Shown here in pieces: positions 31,939 to 44,709 of a stretch of 64,000 nucleotides of DNA; within the stretch, counting starts at the first letter, position 1, and every line of letters begins with the position of its first letter. Location of the stretch: assembly GCA_004431415.1 (NCBI GenBank), contig QPMI01000280.1, forward strand, positions 1,323-65,322, given 5' to 3'. This DNA comes from Cyanophora paradoxa CCMP329 (lineage: Eukaryota > Plantae > Glaucophyta). Below the pieces are notes generated by a model. The model had not been told where the DNA came from. It saw only the letters and a list, made by a program, of their open reading frames with translations, and searched no databases. The translations under genes and the position numbers were made by a program.

Positions 31939-32189
31939 TCCGAAATTCCCATAACATATATACCGCATATAATACACAACCTCCGACATATATACGTCAT
32001 AAATACCTAAAACCTCCGAATTCCCGGTTTGATCATACGGAATTTCCGGTGAAAAAAGTGTATATATATGTGCATATATACATCGTCGTTTCGCGTGTCG
32101 GCATCTTCAAAACCTCGTAACTCTTCACCAGATCATCACCTATTCAATCTAAAACCGTCGCCGGAATGCTCATTTAAAGCGCTTTACAA

Positions 32190-32591
32190 CTATACCGTAA
32201 TCGTAGTGGGTTCATTACTAATTCTTACTGATTCTCTCTTTTTTATCGCTCGTCTCTTAACAAACTTGCGAAACGCTTTCAAATCATCATCTGTTATTAT
32301 TGCACGGTCTGTGTATACTTTGATGTCATACCCTTGTAATCCAGTTATGACGGTCTGATAGTTGTAACCCCAAAGTCTTCTTGTCCAATCCACCATTATA
32401 TTCATCAAATGCACAATTAAACTCTTTTTCGTTCCCAAGAATATTGAAAAATACCACAAATTCCACGTTACGACGAATGGTAGTAGAAATAGAGCATATA
32501 CGTTGGACATTGAAAATAACCGTGATACCATAATGTCTTCCGCTCGTTACCAGTTTGGATAACACAGCCGAATTATGCATATCCAAATTAG
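32190..32591 (-). pseudogene. C-terminal remnant of an A32/FtsK-like genome-packaging ATPase
   Basis: LSKLVTSGRHYGITVIFNVQ...ISTTIRRNVEFVVFF matches the GRH-x-Q...IR.N signature of A32-like ATPases. The Walker A/B part is missing; frameshift near 32375. Confidence 0.8.
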
Positions 32592-35500
32592 ATCAATTTT
32601 TAACGTCCTGGCTCCCCTAAGACGACCGCTCTCCCGTGGGCGTCGTGCGAAATCGAATTTCCCTCTGCATCAATTCCGGTACTTAACCTCCGACAAACAC
32701 AGTCCAGGTCCGAAGGTGGGACCCGGTCCCGCCCGGTTCCGCGACGAAACTGCGCCAAGCACGCCCCAGAACGATACAGAATGCCGCGCGAGGGCGAGCG
32801 CATCGCCGCAAGCTCGATTTCGGGCGGCCTCGAGCTCGACGCTCCAGTGCGAAGAGTCGGCCGAAAATTTGATCCAGCCGGTCCCGCAACGTCCCGCGAC
32901 GCGCGCAATCGATGCGTACGGACGCGCATAGACATAGCAGGGCCTGCGCACCCCCGAAATCCGCTTTTCGGAGCCGGAATAGCGCACGAAGGCTCCGGCG
33001 GCAAAAATTCGATCCTGCACAGGCCCCGACATCTTTCCCCGCGCGCACGCCGCGGCGCATGCGCGGAACAATAGTATAAGTATTTGAGATGTAGACGAAG
33101 CATTCTGCACGCTTTGCAGGTGCGCTGGGCCGCGAGGACCCAGCCGACCCCAAAAATTCGATCCTGGGCGGACCTGTGCATCTTTCCGCGCGCCCTCGCG
33201 TGCTCACCCATGCCCATCGCTACCTAGTATTAATTTGAGATCTATACGAAGCCTTCCGCAATCTCTGTGGCGGGGACAGAGCACGAGAATCCAGCCGACC
33301 CTAAAAATCAGATCCTGGCCACGCCTGCACATCTTTCCGCGCGCCGTCGCCTCCGCGCCGCAGCCCTCCGCATTGATGCTATATGCATTCGAGATTCTGT
33401 TTAAGCGGTTCGCAAGCTCTGCGCATGCATATGCGCCTGGCTGCGAACCTCGCCCCTCCCGGGCCTCCGGATCCCCCCCAACAATTGCAATATATTAATA
33501 TGAAATTAATCTCCTCTCAATTGCAATCTGCTCCACCAGTTGAAACCAAGCATTACCGGTCCAACTCCTCCCCTAATTATAATAAGCTATCGGACCAGCC
33601 TGGCAGCATGGCCCGGCAGCCAGCCAGCTGTTCAGCCAGGCCGCTGGCAGTGCGCATGCGCCAAGCCTACCGTGCACGTGCCTACTCGCCAAGGAGCGCG
33701 TCGATCCGCTCCATGCGGCCAGGGCGCCCGGCCTCCCTCCGAACAACATTATATAATTATTCTCCGAGCGATGTAAATTAATGTGACTCCAGTAGACTAG
33801 AGGCTGTGGCCGGAAATTCACCAAAAACAAAACACTAGGCCTAGGCTGGGGAGTGCTTACTATTAAATATTCCTCCGAGGCTCGCCGGCGAGTCGCCGGT
33901 AGGCAGTACTTACTACCGCGGTAATTTGCTGCTGAGAATTCGAAGTCGCGCCATACAGTACCGTCTGAAATTACTTAAAAAGCTTCCCCGTACAATTGCA
34001 AGCCTCAAAGTTTTAAACCCGCGTTAATTTCGTACTGCGGTATTTCGGTCAGAGGACGCCCATTTTTGAAACCGCGTTAATTAACGCGCAGTAATTTAGT
34101 GCCCGACGGTATTTCAGACTAGCCGACTCGGGCACGACCAGCTATATATAGTGGACCGCCGGACCTGCCGCTGGCTGCCATGCAATGGCATGCATATCGC
34201 CAGCTTCCCAGCTTCCATGCATATCCCTACTGATTCGCCAGCTGGCCAGCTTCCAGCCAGACAGGTCAACGGTCAGACAGGTTAAAAAAAGATCTTGAGA
34301 ACGCGAAAAGGCCATTAACAGAAGATCTTGTCAAATCTTGAATAAAAAAAAGATCTACCGAAACCAAAACGGCGCCATTGCCCAATCCACCGTGCATGTA
34401 CATCGATACATATAGACGAATGGATGCACAGACTAACACAGTCATACACTACTAGTAGTGTAGAGCTTATGCTAGTGTTGATCGACACATAATCTACCTT
34501 CCAATTCACAAAAGATTTTGCGGATCTCACTGATTCAGATCTAGAGTCTTAGCTATAGCGAATCTCGAGATTCTCGACGTTCGCGACTCGGCGATGACCG
34601 CAAACGCTATAGCTATATATCTCGTACTGACTGCCACTACCAGGGCCCGGCGTTTCTCGCTGTTGCGGCACTACGTAGCGAGAAATTAAGGACGCGTAGC
34701 AGATATTGAAAAACCGCTAGAGGCAAGATCGGAAGCTCGGCGCTTGCGTGCAGCTCAAGCTTGCGTGTAGCTTACGCGGCTGAGGAAAACCGCGTAGCCC
34801 CGGAGCTCCCAGCGCCGCGATTGGCTGCCAGGCTGCTCGCGTAACGCGTAGCTTGCGGCTGTAGCTTAGGCGCGGAACCTTAATCTTCAAATTAGGGTTC
34901 CGCGCGTAAGCAAAATTGCTTACACTCCGTTACGAAATTACCTTTTCCTTGATATCGCTCTACGTAGCTTAATTCGTAAGCGCTACGTAAGGCCTTACGC
35001 GCAAGGCCGCCATACATTTTGGCGACAGCGAGAAACGGCCCTGCCAGGCCGAGCCTCGGAGGCTGGACCGTCGCACGCCGCACTGCGGCATTTCGAAAGC
35101 GCGAATTCGAAATGCCGCAGTGCCAGCAAGCCTAAGCCGCCAGCTCCAGTTCCCGGCGGCCAGACACTCGCACGCAGTGCCAGCCGACTCCCGCCTGCAG
35201 ATCTGGCCAGCAACAACGCTAGCTAGCTACGACTCTTGCACGCCACTGGGCCAGCCTGGCAGTGCTCGCGATCGTGCCACGGTGCCGCAGTGCTAGCCTA
35301 TAGTACCGTATACTAGCCTAGTAGCAACATCGACGCCAGAGCGCGCAAGCAGTAATTGCCAGGGAGCTTAAGCAGACAGTGCGTGGTCAGGCTGGCCATG
35401 GCTAGCGCCCGATCGGGGGCCTGGACAGCTACTAGACTATAGCTAGCTACGAATCTTGCACGTTACCCTAGTACTACGGTAGTGCTCGTGCTATAGCTAG

Positions 35501-38500
35501 TCTAGCATACGTACCTGCATGGCCGCCTCATCCCGCAAGCAGTAAGTGGCCAGATTAGCCTATACTAGCAAGATCGGCGCCGGATCGCGCGAGCAGTAAC
35601 TGCCAGGAAGCTTAAGCAGACAGTGCCATGTCAGGCTGGCTAGCACCCGATCATACGTACCTGCATGGCCGCCTGATCGCGCAAACAGTAAGTGTGACGA
35701 GCTTAACCAGACAATGCCAGATTAGGCTGGCTAGCTCGCCGGCTTCACACCAGAATTTACTATCGCCGCGCTGCGCAGACCGCGGTCAACGTCAATGTAC
35801 ACGCACGACTGCGTTGACAATTCACCCATACGTACACGTACATATACGTACGTGTTGACAGCGACTCCCTTGAACGTATATATATACGTTCAAGGGAGTT
35901 GATGTATATTTTTTTTTCAGGATAGCCCAATTCTTGGGCGGTGGTTTTATTCTCAGACCACTGACTTCAACGTATGCACTACTGGTTCGGAATGGGCCGA
36001 ACTCTGGGTCAGCTCATGACCTGTGGCCGGTACACAGGGATAGGCGCTTCGACGCTAACTCTAAGCGTTCAGTGTGGCCTTGGGGGAGAGCTTGGGCGGG
36101 GTGTCCTTCTTGGGCTCGCGTTGGCGGTACGTGGATCAGCGACTACGAGCACCCGAATGAGCTACTGCACGACGTAATTGACGCAATCGCAAAGAAGCGG
36201 AGTAAATTTCCGCAGTTTCTCGAAGCGCTGAAGGACGCTATCATCGACATGCTGTACAGTGTGTTAATTTCAATTCGATTATGTCCATTTCGCCATTAAT
36301 GCTCTCCGCAGCTCTGTACCAGCCGATGGTGCCATGCGATTGCTGCGGCGTCCGTGACTACATCGACGATCTCTACCCCGAGACGCACCCGAACATATTG
36401 AAGCCCCACGGGATCGACGACGCCGCGATGCGGCGCATTCAGGAGACGGAGGATTACATGCACAAGCTGGAAACCGGAACATCGAAACCGCGGAAACCGT
36501 TGCTGTGCGCAATGTGCCACAGACATCGCGCAGAGCAAGGTGTCGATATCTGTGGGCTTTCGAAAGAGGTCCGAGTCAGTCTCTACCACTCTCCAGTATG
36601 TTCACTGACTATCCCCGCACAGAACGGCATCCACCCGACACCACCGTCGGAAGATCTCACCCGGGAGGCAGCAGGCCTCACGTTTCCAGAGGCTGTCGAA
36701 TGCAGTCCTGCCGTGTCGTTCGTGAACATCGCAACCACGCGCATCGGTCGGCAGCAGGCCGCGCACCCGAAGGTCACCATGGTTTACTCGCAGCCCGCCG
36801 AGCTCGTTGAATCGATGAAGCCCCTCGCGCCGGGAGACGCTATGATGTACGTGAACATGGAGAAGCCGACGGCGCCCGGACACGACCGCAAGTTCACGAA
36901 CTTCTGGGAGTTCAGCACTTCCAAGGTGAGAAGCGTCATGAAGCTGCTCGTCGCGGCCGGCAACAAGTGGTACCAGAAATGCGGATTCGACAAGCTCGAC
37001 GACGCCTACTGGGAGAAGGCCACTGCCGACGCAGAGAACTGGAAAGCGGACCTCGCTGACGAAGAGCAGCACGACCGCACCCCTGCACCGCCGCGAGTCG
37101 CCCGCAAACGTGGACGCCAGCCTCACGTTCCCGGAACCGGAGAATCGGTGGACCTGACAGCAGTACCGCACGCGGCGACGGGAACCGAGTCAGCTACCAG
37201 CGACGAGGAGACCGAAGTTTCGGAAGAACCCGAAGTGCACGACGACGTTGGATACGAAATCGCCAGCTCCGGAGCCCGTCGCCTGTTGACCGACGTAGGA
37301 GATCCCGTGTTGAAGCAGTTCATGGAGTCGTCGTTGAAGCTCGCAATGACAGCACGTCCTCCTCTGCCAACGGCAAAGCCGGAGGTCGGGCCAACACGTG
37401 ACGCGTCAACAGCAAGGTCGACACGTGACACCGGATCCGAGGACGAAGCCGACGACGCGCCCAGATTCGCCCCTCCCGATCTCGTGGACCTCGACAAGCT
37501 CGCGCAGATCAACAACAAGGACGTCGACGAGTTCGTGCAGCTTGCACGTGCTACGGCGCACGACGTCGATACAGAGGCCGCAGTGTACAGCGACCCCACC
37601 GGATTCGACATGCCTCAACAGCCGGCAACGCCCGCAGTCGTGCAGTCCGAGTATCACCACAGGCTCGTCGACGTTGCCACAGCGTTCGGCGAAGATGTTG
37701 CCGAACGTACTCGCACGTTGCCGATCCTCGATCGCGTCCACTTAAATTTCAGCAAGGGTGCAGAGTACTGCACAGCCCCATTTCCATTTGCGTTTCCAGA
37801 CGGTGAGCACTGTGCACCGGCACCGTCGTCGATTTGTGATTTCGTGCAGACGGACATTGACCCTTTCTGAACGCAGGCCGGCACGGACGGATAGGCGACC
37901 CTGCAGACCCTCTCGATCAACGCAAAGTACCGCTGTCGATCAGCAAGTACAACAAGTGGTTCCTGCTGTCCGACAAGGCGCGCGCCCTTGTCGCCGACAT
38001 CGGATTCTTCTTCGTCCAGGCGACGGATTATCTCAACCTCAAGGCTTACCAGAAGAGCAACTGTGCAATTCAGAGTCTCGAGCTCGACAAGTTGGAGGCG
38101 GCCGGTCACCCGGTGACGGCCGTGCACGTCATGGACCACCTCACCACCGCCGTCGATGACCCCGACGTTACCGTAGACTTTGTTAAGCGCCACCTCGTCC
38201 GTGCGACGCTGAATGCGGTGAGTCCGCAGCACACCCTTGACAACAATTTGCACATTATTTCCTGACGCGCCCATCTCCAGGTGCCGGGATCGCACCAGCA
38301 TCTCGAGACCGGTCACGGCCAGCTCATTGCTGCCGCACAGACGTACGGCCCGCCGCAGATATGGTACACTATGAGCTTCAACGATCACGGTGACGCGAGT
38401 CTGTACAGAGCCATCGACCGCGAGAGGTTCCACAACCAGGCCGCAATCGATGCACTAAGCGCAAACGAGAAGGACGCGATCCTGAACTCGGAGTCCGGAA

Positions 38501-41500
38501 TCGTTGTCCGTCACTATCAGCGGCGCTGGAACGCGTTGATCGAGCTGATGTACTCCGAAGGCGCGAGGGCGATGTTCGGCGGTTACAAGATGACAGGTCA
38601 TTTCATCCGTCACGGCGAGCAGCAGCGGCGGACCTTGCATGGGCACCTCATCGGCTGGTGCGAAGGCATGCCTATGTACGACACGTGCGAGAAGCAGCAC
38701 ATGAAAGACTACCTCGAATTCTTTGACAGCATCGTCAAGGCGGAGATCCCTCGACCTCCAAAGCCCGACGACCCAGCCGTCCAGGACAACCTTCACGTGC
38801 CGGATGCCCTTCGACATGATTGGGCGACCGCGTTTCTCCGGAAGGTCATCCTCACGTTCAACATTCACCGACACAGCGGCACGTGCCGCATGACGAAGGC
38901 CAAGCAGGCACAGCACTATTCATCTTCCACGCACAAGCGTCACGAAGAGCTCTTCGCCGCTGCAGCGCAGTTCAAGCCGACTCAGGAGTACACGAACCCG
39001 TTGCTGGAAGGATGCCAGCCCATCCACGGCGCTTCCGACAAGGACGCCCAGGAACTTGCCGACCTTGTCAAGAAGCTGAACAACGCCTGGTGGAGGGCGA
39101 GGAAGTGGTGCCGCTTCGGACTGCCAGGCCGCGCGTCCCGATACGCGAGACTCATGTGCGTGCTCAAGTTCTGCGATGACGTGCCCCCGGTCGACGCCAG
39201 GTCGACGCCAGAGCTCAAGAACGCGCAACGCGGCGACAGGCTACTGGTGCCGATGCGACGCACAGTAGAAAACTTGTTTGTGGCGCTGTTCAACGAGTGG
39301 CTGTCCCGCATTGCGCACTCCAACCTCTTCTTCGATCTCGTCGCGGACTTCGAAGCGATGGGAGCGTACATGTTCAAGTACGCACTGAAGGTACGCCCGT
39401 GCTCACGCGTCCCTGGACAGACGTAGCACGTACTGAAGCTCATTGTGCGCCCGCAGGTCGAACCGCAAGCATTGGAGAGCATATACGCTGCGCTCGCAAA
39501 GGCGGGCGAGAAGGGAGGCACCCTACGGAGCGCGATGGCGAAAGCAATTCGGAAGTCGCTCTCGCACCGCGAACTCGGCCGGCCGGAGGCAGCTTTCCAT
39601 ATGCTCAACTACCCCATCTGGCACTCGTCGTTTCACGCCCGCACCGTTCCGTGCATCCCTCCGGACAAGCGGACAAGACGTTCGTACCAGCGCGGCTTCA
39701 TGCGACCGATCCGCAACCGCAATCCTGGCGAGACGAAAATATTCGTCAACAACGACATCGACTGGTACATGGAGAGGCCTGACGACCAGTTCTGGAACGT
39801 GATGCTGCTGTACAAGTTTCTGCAATGGTTTGCCGTCGTCGCCAAGAAAGACGGGATTCGAGGCGACAAGATCGACATGTCTCCCTTGGCAACAGCCACG
39901 TTGGAGACAGGACGAACCGAGCCGCATCACACCGACTCGCAACACGGTGGCGACGAGCCGGAGGATGACGAGGATGACGACGACGACCATCCTGACTCAG
40001 ACGCCCCGGAGTACCCTCAGCGCCAGATCGAACGCGAGCACCGCGAGGAGAAGGCACGGCAGGCCAAGACGTGGGTATTGGACCCGCTCTGGCAGCGATG
40101 GCTGCGTGAAGACGCTCTGTCGGACGAAGAGTGGCGACAACTACAGAAGACGCCACCGCTCGTGATCCCGGACGGAGAAAGGTGCATGCCGTGCTTCAAC
40201 ACCGCGAGCGGCAAGAAACAGCTACGGATGCGACGGCAACCCATGCCAGTTGTGATGCCGTTCAACGTCCACTCCGGCCAAGTTGCCAAGTACGCGCCGC
40301 TCCTCTTCTACCACCCGTTCCGCAACGAGTGGACGGACCTGCTCGACATGCCGGCTCGTGCGGAAGTCACTGACGCCATCCTCGCGGCGGCAATGACAAA
40401 AGCACGGAAGGCAACAATCACGCGCCACGCCTCGGCTGCAAGCGACAACATCCGCGTGCGCATGGAAGAGATCATCAGCCGGATCACCGACATTCCGAAC
40501 ATGACGGCGACGGGCGCAATCGTGACGGAACACGCGGAGCCCAGCACCATCAGAAACGCAGCGAGCGGCTTGGGAGCGGGACTGCCAGCGCCATCGTTTC
40601 AGCCTGCATCCGTTGAAACCGAACAGGCGGTCCTACGAGCGCATGGTGTCATTCCACCCTCCGCTGAAGCGGGGACCGGCGGACCGTCCGTTCAGGCGGC
40701 CCCACCGTCATCCCGAGCTCCACTCGTGTCGCCCGACAACCTGAAGCCCGAGCAACGCGAAATCTACGACAAGATGGTGAAATACTTCGAGCTCAGACGC
40801 AAAGCGGAAGCGCTGAAGGCAAGAGCTATGCGATACAGGCGCGATGCGGAGGGCGGTCAAGACGTGCCGGAGATTCTGAAGTGCTGGTACATGCCTGCAG
40901 GACCGCGCTTCTTCGTCACAGGAGGAGCGGGGTGCGGAAAGACCGTCCTACTGCGCTGCATCGAACACGCTGCAAACCAGTACAACGTTGGTGATGCGGG
41001 ACTGGAGGCCCTCCCTCACGGCCGCTGCACCGTTGCAGCACCGTTCGGTTCCGCAGGCTTCAACGCAGGTGGGGGGACCATGCACACGCGCTTCCACCTC
41101 CAAACGCACCTCTCCGGCAAGCGCGACCAGATCAAGCACAGCAGCTTCACAATCGACAAGCTGCGACTCGAGCTGCAGCAAACGTACGTCCTGCAGATCG
41201 ACGAAATCATGTCCTGCTGGACGAACATCTTCTACTCGTTCAAGACGGCCCTGGAGGACGCCATGTGCGGACGAGAAGCCGTCGGCGACCCGGAGACTGG
41301 CTTGGCGCCGCCACCTCTTCCGCAGTACCAGGTCGGACCCGACGGAAGGACGCCGGTGATGCAACGCTACCCATTCGGAGGCTTGGCAATCATCACGTAC
41401 GGGGACGCGGCCCAGGTGCCGCCGGTCATGTCGCAGTCGTTGTGGGAGACATTGTTGCCGGCACGGAAGGACATTACGATGCAGAATGACGTCAAGTGGC

Positions 41501-43697
41501 ACACGCCGAACCTGCACACCTTCCCCAGCTACTTCACGGCTCACGTCCTGCCCTCGTCGATGCGGCACCTGGCGGATCCAGAACTCGGCCAAATCCTCAA
41601 CTGGTTTCGAGACGGGGATCCGGACCACGTCGACGACGTCTACCACTACCTTCTCCGCCGGTGCCTGGACCTCAACAACGATCTCGGCGACGACAACGAG
41701 AATGCCATCCACAACACGCTGACCAAGAACCAAGACCCCACATGGGACGAAGCGTACCACATGTTCCTCACGAACAAACTCGCAGAGCAGCACAACGACG
41801 CGATGATCCGGCGGCACCACGCGCAGTACCGCGACCCTGTCCTAAAGATCGTCGCCAAGGACACCCATCCCCGCGAGCACATCAAGAAGTGCGAGACCGT
41901 GGACGCGTATGGCCAGATAATCCCATGCACGAACGAGCAAGGCAGCATCCCACACAAGGTCATGGTGACGCCCGGCATCAAGGTCATGCTCAGACAGAAC
42001 CGCGACACAGACGACGGCCTCCTCAACGGGGCCATCGGACTGATCGCAGGTTACAAATGGCGAGAGCACACGGAGACGCCCGACTACATCAGTCAGCACG
42101 CCGCAGACTTTACGCCCGACACGCCGCTCGTGCTCGAACACGCTGCGCCGGATCTCGTCCAGCACGCGCTCGACACTGCGGACCGTGCCCCCAAGCCCGA
42201 GCCGGAACCGGAACCGGAACCCGAACCCGAGCCAGGACCTTCGGACCGGAAGAAGAGCAAGCCAAAGGTCAGCAAGGACAACATCGTACGGGCCGCAGCG
42301 GCGGTGACGAGGCAGAAGAAACAGAGCATAGAGGCGAAGGTGGAGCACCTCCCGCATCCGCACCTCATGCCCCCGATGACGTACTACATCTACTTCCACG
42401 ATGACCGCGTCGGCCGGCGTGCAATCACGGAACGCTGCCAGCTCCCCGACGGTCGAATCGTCGATGCCGTCGAAATCAACGTCGAGCCCAGAAATGCCGG
42501 TGAGCCGCTGCATCTGTCATCACGATCGTCAACGGAGATCCGCTTCCCTCTCGAGATTGACTACCTTCTGCCGGTCCCATTGCGCAGACCACGAGGACGA
42601 AATCGCCGGCGGGGCAGGAGGCACGCACAACGTCAGGATAGGCCCGCCGTTCCGCGTCGCCTACGGCACGACGGTCTACAAGGCTCAAGGGCACACCCTG
42701 AAGCGTGCAATCGCCGACGTGCGGGGCATGAACAGCAGGGACTACACGCACCGACAGCAGCTGTACGTCATGCTCAGCCGCCCGCGCGAGGGAGCGCACT
42801 TCTTCATCGCGAACGCCTCGCTCCTGCAACGGTACGAGCTGCTGCACGTGATTCAGAACGTCAACCCCGACCTGCAAGCCGCCATCAAGGACCAGAAGGC
42901 CGAGAGCGCAGAATTCGCGCGGCTCCGGCAAGACGATCCGAAAACGCACGCAAGAATGTGGGGCCACAAGCTGCAGTATCTGCGCTGGATCGAGGACAGC
43001 ACCGCGCCGCACGGTCAGCGACTCGTCAACGCCGTCGCGATGGAATGCGAGCCAGGCGACTGGGGCCAAGTCGAACAGTTCCAGTGCGAGTTCGAAAAGG
43101 CGGAGGCCGAGTTCAAGAACAAGCGCTTCGTCGACACGATGCCGAAGCGCGTTTCCGCGGCGGCACGCAAGCGTTAAGTGCGTTACTTCATGCAGATCTA
43201 GATGCATTCTGATCATAACTCCCACTGACGTATTTTTGTGTGCAGAAAGAAATAACGCGGTGCATCTACGGGACCTGCATGCACGTGCAGCCAGACTGCC
43301 CGTCGATCATGCCCGCGTTTCTAGGTAGAATTTCGTCCAATTACATGTGTTTCTATACGTTCGCTCGCTCGGCCAGTTACACGCATCTGCATAACTCGGC
43401 CAGCTGCATGCATCTGCCACTTCCTCGTAGCTGCACGTTAATGATTGCGATCATGCCCTGGGCCGTCCCCCGTCCCTGTGCTTGCAGATTGAAAGTTCTT
43501 GTCCAATCAACTCCAATAAATATTACGTGTGTACTCGCTAGGCTGGACTCGCTCCTCAACTGTCTCGCTCCCTTGCGCGTACGGGCCAGCCCGGCGGCCC
43601 AGCTATATATACGCTAGCCAGCCAGCCAACTGTGACAGCCCTGACGGCGTCCTCGAGGCTTCGCCGTACTTAGTGCTCCGCAGGAGCACGGATCTTG
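32592..43697 (+). mobile_element. Helitron2/Helentron-type rolling-circle transposon, 5' end deleted, inserted in viral copy 2
   Basis: Contains the Rep-PIF1 gene. The 3' end CTTA-GTGCTCC-gca-GGAGCAC-ggat-CTTG|T parallels the non-autonomous element, and the left ~850 bp is homologous to it. Confidence 0.87.
35921..43177 (+). CDS. Intron-containing Helitron Rep (HUH)-PIF1 helicase gene; 5' exons uncertain
   Basis: Zn finger CDCC...CAMC and a DUF6570-like region (NGIHPTPP...KVRSVMKLL...NKWY). Rep motifs GPPQIWYTMSFND, EQQRRTLHGH, YMFKYALK. PIF1 motifs TGGAGCGKT, IDEI, GDAAQVPPV, LLNGAIG, AYGTTVYKAQG, QLYVMLSR. GT-AG introns at ~38218-38280, 39391-39456 and 42500-42586 join the track ORFs. Confidence 0.9.
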
Positions 43698-43774
43698 TAA
43701 GGGTCGTTCCAGTAAGCGCCATGTCTTATGTTTAAAATACGAAAAGAAATTTTTAATTTACATTATTAAACAGA

Positions 43775-44677
43775 ATGACGCGTTACTATCTTAATATTGA
43801 TTCCCGGGATCGGGATGATGGAACCCCCACAAACTATTCATACAAACTTCCCCATGCAATCCAAAATGTTAAAGCATGTCGTGTTACCAATTTCGAAATG
43901 TTCAATAACATTTACAATCTCAGCGAAAATGGAGCGCTCGTAACCTCTACACTCGATGGACAAGGAGCAACCAAAACTAAATCAAACACAATTTCAAAAG
44001 GGGCATACACAGCAGAGAGTTTGGTGAATTATCTAAATGCTCTACTGTTATCCCAGACATACAGTGCATCGGGAACTACATATACCCGTCATTTCAATGT
44101 GTCTTATGACTCTACCACAATGAAACTAAGGATTATTGGCGAAGCAACATTTACTATACGTTTCGGTAGTCGGATTTTAGCCAATTTCTTAGGTTTCCCG
44201 GATCCATCAATTAATGGCTCGGGTTTAGGTTATCCATCCACACCTCTTGGTTCACCCGTTACTGTTGGTGGTTTTACTTATAATCATTACCTCGACAGTG
44301 TCATACCACTCGATCTTCTGTTTAATTCTTACATCCTTCTACATGTCGATCCACTCAAAGGCAACTACGTAAGCAAGAATACCAGCGATGATAAAACCTT
44401 AGCTAAAATTGAGATTGACCAGACCGTAGGTAGTCTCCTAAAATATGATTCTACCAATAACTCTATGATCATTCATGAGCAAAACGGATTAGTGGAAGTT
44501 GAGACGCTTAAAGTGCGTTTGACGTATTGGAATGGTAACGAAACGGACATTACCACGGATTGGTCAATGACCTTAGAACTGATCACTGAAGATGAAAAGG
44601 ATCTAACGAAAGCAGCATTGAAAAACGTCGTTAGAGATTTGGAAAACGTCTATTTACCATTTGGTCGTAATATGTAA
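43775..44677 (+). CDS. Minor capsid protein (penton-like, single jelly-roll)
   Basis: N-terminus YLNIDSRDRD, then YILLHVD, LAKIEID and C-terminus LKVRLTYWNG...DWSMTLEL: the pattern I recall for pentons of PLVs, virophages and NCLDVs. Intact 300-aa ORF. Confidence 0.78.
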   Translation: MTRYYLNIDSRDRDDGTPTNYSYKLPHAIQNVKACRVTNFEMFNNIYNLSENGALVTSTLDGQGATKTKSNTISKGAYTAESLVNYLNALLLSQTYSASGTTYTRHFNVSYDSTTMKLRIIGEATFTIRFGSRILANFLGFPDPSINGSGLGYPSTPLGSPVTVGGFTYNHYLDSVIPLDLLFNSYILLHVDPLKGNYVSKNTSDDKTLAKIEIDQTVGSLLKYDSTNNSMIIHEQNGLVEVETLKVRLTYWNGNETDITTDWSMTLELITEDEKDLTKAALKNVVRDLENVYLPFGRNM

Positions 44678-44709
44678 TATTGCTGAATAATTTTGTGGGG
44701 TTATTTCAA

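Noticed and set aside
33955-34115. Possible Tc1/mariner-type MITE (TACCGTC...GACGGTA)
   Set aside because: The inverted repeat is short and gapped, and there is no second copy in the window to support it.
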